Part shown: piece by piece, positions 1-12,807 of the stretch
How the letters are laid out: each line of letters starts with the position of its first letter
Position numbering within the stretch: the stretch's first letter is position 1
NCBI GenBank assembly: GCA_000165425.1
Contig: CT868657.1
Location: 124,001-188,000, forward strand
DNA length: 64,000 nt
DNA from: Paramecium tetraurelia
Taxonomy: Eukaryota
Direction: 5' to 3'
The notes under the pieces: generated by a model
What the model was told of the DNA's origin: nothing
Databases searched by the model: none
The model's input: only the letters and a program-made list of their open reading frames with translations
Translations under genes and position numbers: made by a program

Positions 1-1951
1 TTTAAGTTATTTGGGCATTTTTCTTCTAGTAATTAGATCATAATTGCTGTGCCTTATCCATCATTGAATTTATAAGACTATTCAAGGATTTAATTTATCA
101 TTTCTGAATCTATTTACATTATAAAATCGAAAAGTCTAGTTTGATAGATTAATTCATTTATAATTATCTCCATATCCAAAACATCTACAGAACTCTAAAT
201 TACTAAATATAAAAAGTAAGCTTGAGGCCTCGTGATCTAAACTTTAATCATATTAAATAATTTACATTATTGTTTTCATTTGAAATAAGAACTTATAGTA
301 AGGCAGTATTTAATTAAAATTTATTGCTTTGAAAAAACCATTTAAATAAATGAGAAGCATCTTCTTCAGTTTTAATGGATTCTAACACGTTCTATCTAAA
401 GCGCCTATCAAGTCTTCCTTCCCCTCTTAAGTTTTGCAATTTTTAAGTGTATAATGCTCTTATTCTAGGGCTGAAGTACTGGCAATTACATAAGGTGAAT
501 AATAGAGGCATGGAGCTCATTTTATAAAATTAACTAGCTATAAATTCAGGAAGTTGTAATTATGGATATTCATCAAACAAAATAACAATATTAAGGATAG
601 ATGTCTTAGATAATTAAACATCATCATAATTAACTATTTGATTAGAGGAGAAATTTGGATTGTTTAGTTGTCTTAAAAATTTTGAAATATCCATTTCACA
701 AATGAAATGAAGATACACAAGATTTTTAATGTTTAAATTAATATTCTAAAAACTTAGATTTTCAAGAATAATTTTCAAGTATTCTGCAAAAGGTACGCAC
801 TTAGTCTTTTTTTCCAAATAGTATAAGGACATTTAGTAAATATTAGTTATATTAAAATTTTCTTTAAGTAAATTTAAGCAAACAGATTCGAGTTTGAGAA
901 TATCGTTTTTGTCTATATAATCAGCAAATATCACATTCTATAAATATTAAATTAAGAACTCAAAATTAAGATTATTTTATTTATCTTCATATTTTTATAA
1001 CATTTATTGAATTTATTCGTGTATGAGAAGCAATAAGGGTTTGGATTCATCAGAACCTTAATATTTACAATATTATAGGATAGCAATAATAGATTATGAT
1101 TCTAAATACTTCACATTTTGTTTTGTAGCTTCTAATTTTTCATCAATTTATTCCAGGTACTATTTTTCTGTAATGTGATATTTTAGTCTCATATTTATGA
1201 AGCACTTAGTCATGAATGCATATTAATCAACGTCGAAACTTTTGCCCACATTTTTTGAATAGTTCAAGACTTATAATATACAATAGAGGTCTACTTTTTT
1301 CTTTAATATGAACTTCTTATTTATAGAAGCGAGAAATTGCATTAGTTACACGACTGTGATTTCGTTGGTTGAAAACACATAATCAATGAAAAGTTTACTT
1401 AAAGGTTCCTCATATGGGAAAATCATGTCAACGCATTCATAGATCATGTTCAATTATCTTGGCAGGAATTGATTTTCCTCAATGTAGTTTTTAGTAATGG
1501 ATTGCAGTTGTTTAGTATCAACAGAATTTAAGAATCCTACGCTAGCATTGTCATAATAGAGTTTCTTATACCAATATATGAAGTCCCCGAGATCTAGATT
1601 GTTTAAGGTGGATATATATTGGTTGAATTGTCTTATTAGATTTTAATAGGATTCATTAAAATAATGATCATAAACAGGCAAATTATACATTCCCTGCATT
1701 TTAGCAGTGATTTTTAAACTCTGCAATAAATGGCGTTCAGTAAATTAGCATTTGTACCTGTTGTAGATATCAATGAGTTTAATTGGATCTAATTATGTAC
1801 ATATCAAAGTGGTCAACTCATCAGGTTATAAATCATCACGAGTTAAATCGAGTTTTGAACTACAAATTTAGATTTCTTAGGATGTGTTATAAGACTTTGA
1901 TACCCAATAACAAGGAAGCTATGTGAATGATTTTGATAAAAATTTATTCAT
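1..1951 (-). CDS. Hypothetical large helical protein, 3' end beyond window; possibly mitochondrial
   Basis: Code 6 frame from ATG 1951 (MNKFLSKSFTQLPCYWVSKSYN...). Spot-checked segments are open down to position 1. N-terminus is basic/hydroxylated like a presequence. No recognisable domain. Confidence 0.75.
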
Positions 1952-1964
1952 TAATTAAATTAAT

Positions 1965-3646
1965 TCAACCATCATTCGAAGCATAAAAGAATCTCGATCT
2001 CTTAGTCTTAACCTTTCCTTAATTGTTTATATCAAAGGCACCTGATTATGATCGTTAATGCTTTCTTTTTTAAATAGGATCTGGGCTATTTTATTCAGAA
2101 TCTATATGCATATTATTGAAATTTTGTTTGATTACATCCATAGAATTCACCGAACTTGTTGAACCATTAATGGATGATTAAGCAGATACACAAACCAATT
2201 TTTAAACTTTGGGTTCTTTATTTGAAGATGATCCACTGTTTTCTTCTTCCTTGATCTAATCGGAAATCAGTTTTTCAGAACGTTAAGAACTAAGTGTTCC
2301 TATTGAATTGGTAGGTGTATTTTGTTAAGATGAATATAGATTGAATTTAAATTGTTGCTATTATTATTATATAAATTATTAAGGAATGTATTGGCCTTAA
2401 TAAAAGTTAGGGATCATCTATTATTGTTGTTGTTATTGTTATTGAATTAATTGTTATTGCATGAGCTATTACGAAATTAAAGATTGATGTGGTGGTATCT
2501 AAATATTCATTCCCTATAATTGTTATTTACTAGCAAGATAGGATTGGTTACAATTATGGTTGCATTGTAGGAATCGTCTAAATCTATTGGATCTAAGGGA
2601 TTTGTGCAAATTGTTAGAAGTAATATTGTTGTGGAGGCATCATAAAAGGATATTAGGGTATCTAAGGGAATGATTATTCGTTGTTAAAGTGTTATTGTTC
2701 TTATTGATTGCTGTTGCTAGAGTTTTAGGTATTTTCCACTGGTTTTAATCTACTCAGAATCGAATGAATCAAGAATTCAGTCATTTTATCTAATCCGTGT
2801 TTCATAGGATCATCCTAATTATCCTAAAGCAAATCTTATGGAATTTGAACTATTTTCTTTTCCTTGTTGATTAGACTTTTGAATCTATTCTTAACTTAGT
2901 TCTCAGTCCTATTTTTTAACTTTTTCGATATGTTAGACCATCTCAAACCCTCCACCAATGTAATTTATAGTAAATTATAATCGTCAAACTCAGTCCAAAT
3001 ACCTCTTAAATGATAAATGAACAACCTTACCTATTTACTTAGGGATTCAGATAATTATTCCACCTCTCTCTGTATTATTTTGCCTTTCTAAAATAGATTC
3101 CTTGCGATTAAATAAACATTTCATATTACACTTCAAACCACTTGATGTTTGGTTCTTTTGTCATTATTTTATAAAGCAACTTATCTTCCTCAGGTAACCA
3201 ATTCTTATTTGTAGGAACAACTCTCAAGTGAGAAAACCATTTAAATTAGCAATTTAAGGAGTCTTTGAATGCTATTATTTCAGATATATTATTCCAATCC
3301 TATCCTTACTAAAGTAAACTTATATAGATTTACAAATTCATCGCTGCCTTTGGAATGCAATTAGCTATACTATAGTGTTACCCATAATAATATTTTCCAT
3401 TCTTCATCGGTCCAATTTCTAGAGCTATGCATTTTTAAGAACTCCCTATTTTTGGAAATACACTAATTACTATGATTGACAATATTCGTAAAAGTGGAGT
3501 ACTTCATTAACAGATATAGAAGTTTATTGGATTCTCAATTCAAGTGTATTCTGTAACTTTGATAAATCCACCGAATTCTTGTCCTCTGTAAAATTCTAAA
3601 TGAATTGCTGCAATTTTGGCAAGTGTAATTCGAGGGTGGTATTCAT
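1965..3646 (-). CDS. Myb-repeat transcription factor with Q/P-rich C-terminal region
   Basis: After removing 3 tiny introns: NWTDEEWKILLW...DWNNISEII...NWLPEEDKLL...KWFEV...KQYRERWNNYLNPQVNRGIWTEFDD...RWSNISKKLKNRTENQVKNRF. TGA at 1967-1965. Confidence 0.92.
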
Positions 3647-3960
3647 TAATATTAAATTAATTTATAAAATGCTCTTATAATTTAACTTCCTAAATACTAG
3701 CCTAAATTTAAGTTGCATTCAATTAAAATATAGACAATTAAAATGAAATAATACTTTTCATCTATATGATTGAGTCAGCTTCAACTTCTAAATATTGATA
3801 TATCCATAGAAATTGAAGCTCAACTCCAAAGAAAGATTTTCAACAGCATTCCCTCATTCGCACATTTGTGACAAAATCATGGCCCCACTAAGTCTGAGTA
3901 GAATGCTGATGAGATGTTAAATAATAAATTATTATATATTATATTTTTGAAAGCATTTAT

Positions 3961-6582
3961 ATGGCCTAGAACATTATAGTGGGAGCTATCAAAATAAAGG
4001 ATGGTTTATTCATAGGAGATGAGTACGCATCACAAGTAACACATTCGATATAAGGAAGGATCGAGAATTCATTGTTAATAACAAAGTAACTCATATCATC
4101 AATTGTTCTGGTACGGAAGTGCAAAACAAGTGGAACATGATGAATATCAAATACCTGACATTCAATTGGCTCGAATAAGACAATGAAGTAAAACATTCCC
4201 ATAAAAAGGTCTTATTTGATGACAAAAATGAAAATGTAAATAAAATTTATGCATTCATCGAAGAGTGCTTCCAACAAGGCGAAAGTTGTCTGGTTCATTC
4301 ACTCAGAGGCTAAAGTAGAGCATGTTGCGTATTGGCTGCCTACTTTATGAAAAAGTTCATTAATTTTATTTACATTATAAAGGTATTCATGGACACTCTA
4401 CAAAACACTTGAATATCTCAATTCTCGGAGACCAGATCTAGAAATTAGGGCATCCTTCTTTTATTAACTAAATGCTTTAGAATCCAAAATGAATAAGTCA
4501 GGACCTAAGAGAACTGCTTCTTGGAATGAATTAACTTAGGATGAACAGAATCCGCAATAGCTCTAAGAAGAATTGATTATAAGAAACACATTTCTCAATT
4601 CATAAAATGGACCTGTAGATGACATCTACACCAATTTACAATCTAAATTAGTAATTCTCTTGAATATCTCTCATAGTAAGTATTAGCTAAAGCTTGTAAT
4701 CAGAAACTAAGATGGAAAGATTAATTGAACAAAGACAACTTTTAATTAGCCACCTTAGTCTATTCTGGATCTCCAGATTTTGTACCTACTACTGAGATTA
4801 AACTGAAAGAAGATTCTGATCATCAATCTATTTTAAGAGTAAGTTAATTATAATCATTAGGGAGTATAAAAAACTTCATTAAATTAACTTGCAAAATAAC
4901 AGAATCTCTAAAAACCCTCTAATTAAAATAAGCTCCATGTGAAATAACTTTAACAAGAGGATTGTGAGTCGTTTAAATAAAATGCTTAAATGAGTAATAA
5001 TTAGTCTTTTTAAAATTTATTAATGCATTGTGCATAGAGATAAAAGCAAAACTTATAATAGGAAAAAAAGACTTCACCAATATCTTAAGAGTAATAAATT
5101 AATAGTCCTTAATTCCTTAATTAACAGAATGGTGTAAGAAGCACATCTTTGTAATAAAATGAAGAAAAAAAGAATTAAATTGATGTCACCAATAATAGAC
5201 CAAGTTCTGTCAAATAAAAAGATACTTCTCCATCCATCTTAACTAATTTCTAAGAGTTCAAAAATTAAGTTTAATAATCATTACATTATTTTAATAAACA
5301 ATCTGAAGCTATTTTAAATATGGATAAACATTTGATGAACGTTATTTAATAATAATAATTATAGACCTAATAATAATCATAATAACCTATTTAAAATCTT
5401 AATCAATAAAATGACTCCAAATTGTAAATTCCTCAAGGAAATTAATCAGTGTTAGCATCATAACAAAAATCTAAATTAGATCAATTAATTAGTCCAACAT
5501 TGATTTCTACTATGAGTTCAGCTAAACATTTTGAAATTTAAAAAACATTAACATAATCAATATCATAATTATAATCGAGTTACTAAAAATTTCAATAACT
5601 ATAAATGAAAAATTAAATGATGAAGCAATCACAATCCACCTCACAAATTTAATAATAAAATAACAACAAAAATTAACCAGACCTAAGTTCTACGAACATA
5701 ACAAATATATCCAAAATTTATGACAGAAGCACTCATGTTAAAAAAGGGGAAGAATTGGATAGTAAAAATAGACAAAATAGTGCCGAGATCAAGGATCAAT
5801 TAAAAAACAACAGTACTTAAAAGAAAGACAGTTTATCTCCATTTCAAAAAGATCCAATTAAGAAAATGCATTAATATGGACCTCCTTTGCCTTAATCAAA
5901 CTCCTAAATTTACCTTAGAAATGTGCAATGTCGAAGATAAGCTGCGTCCACATTAAGGAATCAGTAAAAGCCAAATAATTCTTTTTAAGACAAATATCTA
6001 AATCAAAGTGCCAATCAAGTGTAGAATAATAGTAGTTTTAATAACAACAATAGTAATTCAAATATAGAAGCTGATTCAAAAATGCAGTAAAAGGCAATGC
6101 ATGGATTGGTTTCTGATGTAAACCATCTCAAAAAATTGATATCACCATAATGTCTGACAAAAAGTTAAGCCTAATTTTTAAAAAATCAACCAATAAAGGT
6201 TTTATAGGAATTGACAGATAAAACTTAGAGCATTAAACATATGTATTTTTTATTGATTTGCACTTATTAGCAAAGGGAAAGATAGTATTTAAACTGCAGG
6301 CATCACTTTAATGCAAAAGGTGTAAACAGGAAATGCAAAAACATTGTCACCAGCAATTAAAAGTAATTATTATTTAGTATGAATTTTATTAAGATGATGA
6401 AAAATTCAAAAATAGTCATGTTGGCAATCCCTAGCACCTGAGACAGAAGATTAGAAATTCATCACCTGGTTAGAATTTAAATGATTTTAGGTTTAAGCAA
6501 AGAGCAAGAGAGTTCAAGTTCCTTTTCTTATCAAAACACAAATACTACTTTGCCAGGTAAGAATAGTTGGAAAATGCTGTGA
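3961..6582 (+). CDS. Dual-specificity phosphatase-like protein (catalytic Cys->Ser) with long low-complexity tail
   Basis: MAQNIIVGAIKIKDGLFIGD...VTHIINCSG...CLVHSLRGQSRACCVLAAYFMK...TLEYLNSRRPDLEIRASF. Several tiny introns. Stop TGA 6580-6582. Confidence 0.9.
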
Positions 6583-7102
6583 AACAATTAATTCAATTTT
6601 GTTTTTTTGTTAATTTCATATTAATATGAATTCTAAGTAAGTATGATCTAAAGTTTCTCATAATTTAATTATTATTATTATAATATTAATATTATATTAC
6701 ACCTTGTTAAGAACTTTGAATGGAACAAATTGTGGAAATCTTGAATACTGAACGAACGTTTGAGTATTACGAAGGAAAAGTAAGGAATTAGAAAGAATCT
6801 CTGATTGATCTATGAATTACTAAATTGTGATATCGTTCGATCAAATCAATTCAAAGGATTTCAAACAACCAAAAGGTAATCGAATCTATTAATAATAATC
6901 ATTTTTTAAAGTGCTTTAAGTGCTTTCTTCTTCTCCAATATATTGTTTCCCTCTTGAAAATTTAAATTTTTTTTTTAATGATTTTTTCATACCCCGGTCA
7001 TTTTTTTTAAGGGATTTAAATTGGAATAAACAAAAAAAATAATAATTAAAATAATTTGTTTTCAAAAGAACCTCTCTTCCTTCAGAAACCATTACAACAG
7101 CT

Positions 7103-8260
7103 ATGACTACCTTTTGTGTACGATTTATTTTTAATTTTTGATTCCTAGCAAATAGATGATGTTTTTTAAGTCCTTCTCACCTCTGATTAAGCTAGAGTGA
7201 TCGCTAAGAAATTACCCCCTGGGTTTAGTGTGAATTTGAGCAGATAATCAAAAAGAGATGTCAAAGTTTTATAATTTTATTATAAAATTTTTAGAAATTA
7301 CACTAGGATATCTCTTCAGAAGAAGATAACAAAGTCGTTAAAAAGACTTATGTAGCGCCTTATCGAGCTGAAAATACAGATGAAATGAAAAGATGCTTGA
7401 CGTTGCTCTAAAAATTGAAAAAACATTAATTGGCAGCACCTTTTTTAAGAAAGTTGGATAACGTCAATTATCCTCAAGAATTAGAATATGTTGACCTATA
7501 AATAGTCGAACAGAATCTCAAAAATAGTAACTATATCTTTTTACAATGATAAGATGTTTATCAGACAGCTACTCAATTTTGGGTGGACATTAAGAAGATA
7601 TGGTAAATGTCCTATACAATGAACAACAAGGGTTCTCAATTATATGCAATGACATAAGAACTCGAATAACATTTTAATGAATTGTATAAAGAGCTAGATA
7701 AACCTTATCCACAAAAATAAACTATTGAATAACCAGTCAAAGCAGATAAAATATAAAAGAAACCTCCTGCAGTACAATAAGCACCAACCAATAATAAAAA
7801 GCCAGTGTATGAAAATCTTTTTATTGTTCTTAGAAAATAACCAAGTCTGATGGAATAACCTATGAACATGTAAGAAAAGAGGGCTTTAGTCTCAAACATT
7901 AATAGTTTACCACCCGAACATCTAAGAGGAGTTTGGGAAATTGTGTCGGATGGCTTGAAGATCCAAGATTAAAGCGATGAACTGGAATTCGATATAGATA
8001 CATTGCCTGTCAAAAAAACCAGGCAATTGGAGAAATACGTAAACACTAAATTGGAATATTTAAAAAAATAACAAAGTAAAAAGGTCGCAGAAGAAACTAA
8101 AGCATAAGATAAGACTGATAGAATTGTAAAAAATTTTTATATCATTAAGGTTCATACAGCTAATACTACTTATAACTATGCTCCACAACCAGTAGCTCAA
8201 CAAAAACAACCTGACACTGGAGACAGTTCATTTAGCAGCGATGCTGATAGTTCTGGGTGA
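7103..8260 (+). CDS. BET-like protein: single bromodomain plus ET (NET) domain
   Basis: Bromodomain: CLTLLQKLKKHQLAAPFL...YVDLQIVEQNLKN...FWVDIKKIWQMSYTMNNKGSQLYAMTQELEQHF. ET: PMNMQEKRALVSNINSLPPEHLRGVWEIV...ELEFDIDTLPVKKTRQLEKYV. Confidence 0.9.
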
Positions 8261-8851
8261 GCATTATTTTTATTTTTGTTTTTTTGATTAATTCATTTAA
8301 ACTTAAATTTCTCACAATTTAATTAAAAATCTAATTTAAATAAATTGAAAAATTCTATTACATTGTAGTATTATTTTGCTTAACATTTGTCTTATTAATA
8401 TATTTTATTTTATATCACATATCTATAAAAGGATTTATGTATATAATATATTTATTAAAAATCTCCAAATCTAAAATAATTTGCTATCAATTTAAGCCAT
8501 GAGAAACCCAATAGAGTCTTATATAGTAGTTTATATATGTGTGTGTTTGAGTATAATGAGAAAGTGCAACCATAATGTTATTGCGTTCCAAATCAGCTAG
8601 ATAAGTTATAATTATCTAATGATCATTTAAAATGAACAACATTATTATTTTATAAGTATCTAACTTTATTTTTATGTATCCTATATATTTCTTAAGTTAA
8701 AGTTAATAAAAATAGAACATTTTCATAATTTAACTAATATGATATTGATCATTAGCCATTAGATCTCGTTTCCAAATAAGATAACTTAAAAATATATTGT
8801 ATTATTATATTAATTTAAATGAAAAAAGATCAATCTCTGTTCAATCCTGTA

Positions 8852-10372
8852 TCAAATTTTAACAATTCTTTTTAAATTTTATTTATTTTTTTTGTATTGT
8901 ATGCAGGTTACTGTTATGTCGGTTATTAGTAAGGCATAGTTGCATAAGGAAATCCTTAATGATTAAATGCGGGCGAATTAAATAACCTCAATAAACAAGG
9001 AATCTCTGGTTAAGGTGCACCTTAGTCAAGATTATTGGTTGATTTCATTAAGTCATCAAATAACTACATTTAGCTTGAATAATTCTTATTTCGCATTTCA
9101 TATGGTGAAGATAAATTATTTGGACTGGACTCTTTATATAGAAACAAATAAATACAGATTAAATAATGTAAAGGAGAGAAAGGCAACATAGGAGAAAATA
9201 CAGGTAAACCAAGCATGAGTGATTATTATTATTGTTATTATTGCATCTATTATTATTAATTTTATAATAACTATTATTATTATTATTATTATTATATTTG
9301 CATTTATTGTTATTGTAATTATTAATCTTATTAATGTTCTTCTTTAATTTCATTACTTTCAACTTACATATTCTTTTGATCATATTAAACCTAAGGTATT
9401 GCTAAATTATTGTTATTGTTATTATTATTGTTATTATTGTTATTATTGTTTTCATTATTTTTATTACCATTATTATTCACTGATTTTCTAATCCGTTTAC
9501 TAGTCAAGGGCTAAGGCCCCTCATAATCTTTTCCTTATAAATTTGCCAATAATTTTTTAATTGCCACATCTTCATTATCCAACTGCTAAAGATTTAAGAT
9601 TGTTCATACATTTTGTCTTCTATAAGTATTCATCATCGAATTGTATTGATTTTTAACCTAATTTTCTGTTCTCCCAGATATTTTTTTGGAAATAAGTGAC
9701 CATCTCTTACCTATTTCCTCAACTAACAACAATAATTGTAACTGTTCTGGCTATGACCATTCAGATCTAATTAAATGTTTAGCCTTACTTTTTCAAATCC
9801 GGATTTAAATAGTTATTCCATCTCTCTCTAATTTATTTAGCATGTCTAACTATTTTTGCAGGGTTTATTCTATTGAAATCTATCGTAATTTATGTCCAAT
9901 TTTTATTTTCATTAGGATCTGCAATTATGTTTTATAATATTTCATCTTCCTCTGTGTTCCAAGGGGCCATTTTGAGATTTGTCTTAAGCATGCTAATCCA
10001 CTTTAAATTCAATAGCTATTCTGTTACTCCCAAGACATTTGATAGATAATGCCAATCTTCTTCAGACTATCCTATTAAATTGATAATACAGGGTTTAAAT
10101 CATTCTTATTTATGAATTCAAAGTATTTTAAGACAGTCCATACAAATAAAATTTTATCCTTTCTGTGCCATTTAGTTCGATGTTCCTCATTGGTACGTCT
10201 ACTTTTAGTATATAATCTACTTTGAAAATTCTTAGAAATAATAATTCAAGATATTTTTGCAAGGAGGGAAACTCTTTTCGTTAATCTTTAGAACCTTTTT
10301 TATTTGTTTTAATTTAACTGGCCTTTCCTTGAATTCACTGATGTCCTCTAAAAATTATGAAAACTTCGACAT
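8852..10372 (-). CDS. Myb-repeat transcription factor with polyQ C-terminal region
   Basis: KWHRKDKILFVW...EDWHYLSNVL...PWNTEEDEIL...NWTQIT...KQIRERWNNYLNPDLK...KRWSLISKKYLGRTENQVKNQY. PolyQ tract encoded by TAA/CAA. Confidence 0.92.
9222..9476 (-). repeat. Coding polyglutamine trinucleotide tracts (TAA/CAA) within the Myb gene
   Basis: (tta/ttg)n runs on + strand read as TAA/CAA Gln codons on the - strand. Confidence 0.85.
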
Positions 10373-10955
10373 TTTAATTTAATTACAATATTTATAGATT
10401 CTAATAACAAAAAGATATCAAAAATAATTTGATTGCAATAAATTAATAATATACTCAATAGAACTTAATAGGTATTGATCGTTAAACTTAATCATCTTAA
10501 ATTAAATTTAGTCATCTCAAATGTTGAATTAAATATATTAGAGACTACAGAAATTAATAATCAAGCACATTTAACTGCTATTATCAGTAAGTTTTGATTA
10601 AAAATAGTAACCCTATTAAACAGAGCCAATTTATATTGAAAGAATATACATAATAATAAACAAAATATCCAAGTAATAAGTTTTTTTTCTTTAAATTATT
10701 AAGCAGTTAATTTAATCAATTTTTAAATTCTTTACTGTGTTTATTGGGTAATTATAATGGAGAATATGGGAGAACAAATTCTTTTGGTTATTCAAAAATG
10801 TTATTTAAAATCAACAATAAACAACATTAATTTTATGCTATTTATTATAATTCATTTTTAATTATATTTAATTATTAAAAATGATCAGTGCAATTTTGCT
10901 CACTATAAGGCGTATTATTAAAAATCAATACATATTATTTTTTAAATTTAGCAAA

Positions 10956-12304
10956 ATGATTGACGTATAAATAAGTTCTCTCTAACAAAATAGAGATAGA
11001 TCATTCATCATCATTGTGATATTGATATTGATGGCAAATGCAAGTTATATGATGATGATCCCCCTTTTTCCACCCTTAATAAAAGAAAAGGGATTCACTG
11101 AAGCAGGTATTGGAATTATCATGTGCTTCTACCCACTTGGCTGTATACTGGCCTCCTGGAAGTTGGGTAAAATGCATAGCTCCAAAAAGATGATACTATA
11201 GGGTTTGATTGGATAATTGGTAATATCAATTATTTTGGGAATATCCTATTTTTTAAACGGAGCTCTCTTTTTTATTCTTTCCTCATTTTTAAGATTCATC
11301 CAAGGAATTGTATAACTATTTAATAATCTTTTAGTCTAACACCATGATTTAAGTTCCTTCATATTCGATAACTGGACACTTATTTTCAGAACAAGTCTCA
11401 GAGAAGATCGCCAAATTAGAAATGGCTTGTAATTTTGGATTAGTTTGTGGTCCTTTGATAAGCGGTGTCTTATATATCCTATCAGACATCTATAACTTTA
11501 ATACTTTTTAATACTCCCTGTACTTGGTGGCATTTCTATACTTTGTAATTACCCTCTGTGTAATACTGTTCCTGGATGAAAGGATTTTCAACATCGATCA
11601 ATAAGAACAAGGAGCATCCATAAATTACTATGAAGTGTTTTAGATTCATGAATTGAATGTCACCTTCACTTCATATTTCTTCTTAGGAGTTGCTGCCTAG
11701 GCATTACGTACTTATTTGGTAATCTTAATAAATTAACATTAGTCTGTGTAATTATTGGAAGTCTACAATTTAGACGATGCAAATTCTTAGTTCCTTTTTA
11801 TGATATATACCATTGTGAGCGTCTTTGGAGCATATTATGTGGCTGAATAAAAGCATTACACTCTCAATCAACTATATACCTATTGTCTCTACATTGGGGC
11901 TTTTAGTCTATTGCTCTATGGCCCATCTTAGATAGGATTACCACAATCAATTTATGTCATATGTTTCGCTGACATTATCAGAGGAGTAGGAGTTGGATCA
12001 GCGTAATTATGCATTTATATTCTTTAGACCAGCCATTATGATGCCATTGATAGTACAAATTATGGAGAAGCATAAGCATAAGGATCAAGCTGCTGAGATA
12101 GGTTCAACGCTTTTGATTGCAGGATGGTCCCTTGGAGATTTGATTGGACCAATTATTGGAGGAATATTTATAGACTAAGTTGGTTTTGACAAGACTAGTG
12201 TCATTATGAGTGGAGCCTTATTCGCAATTGGCTTCATCTATTAAAAAACCAGTCATATTGATTAGGAATAATAAGCAATAGAGATGCAAATTCTCATTCA
12301 TTGA
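10956..12304 (+). CDS. Major facilitator superfamily transporter (SLC18B1/DHA-like)
   Basis: Multiple TM helices: MMIPLFPPLIKEKGFTEAGIGIIMCFYPLG..., EMACNFGLVCGPLISGVLY, GWSLGDLIGPIIGGIFIDQVGF. Confidence 0.88.
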
Positions 12305-12807
12305 TTTTGTGTATGTAGTTTGAGTTTTAATTTTGTGTATTAGATATAATTTCATTAATATAATTTATCAAATAATTAAGTTTTAATTTTAATATATAAT
12401 TCACTGTAAAAAATATTGAAGAATATATTAATTTATTTTAAAATTTACATTAAAATATTTATTTTGTGTTTAAGACTATAGATAAGATTCATATGAATTC
12501 ATCCTTCGAAACTTCCAAGTTTTGAAAAATCTCATTAATATATATATATTAAAGAAAATTTAAATTATTGAATCAGAAATTTAAAATTTTAATTATGATT
12601 AATCAATTAAGAATTTTCTTTGGATTACCTTTTTTGATCTTCCCTTTCAGTTTGAAATAACTTGGTACAAATCAAGTCAAATCAATTATTTTAATTAAAA
12701 ATAAATATTTAATCTCACCTACCTTGAAACTTTAATTTCTTACTTAATAACTGGAAATTATCTATATAAACAAATTAATGAACATAAAATGAGAAATTAT
12801 TAATCAT

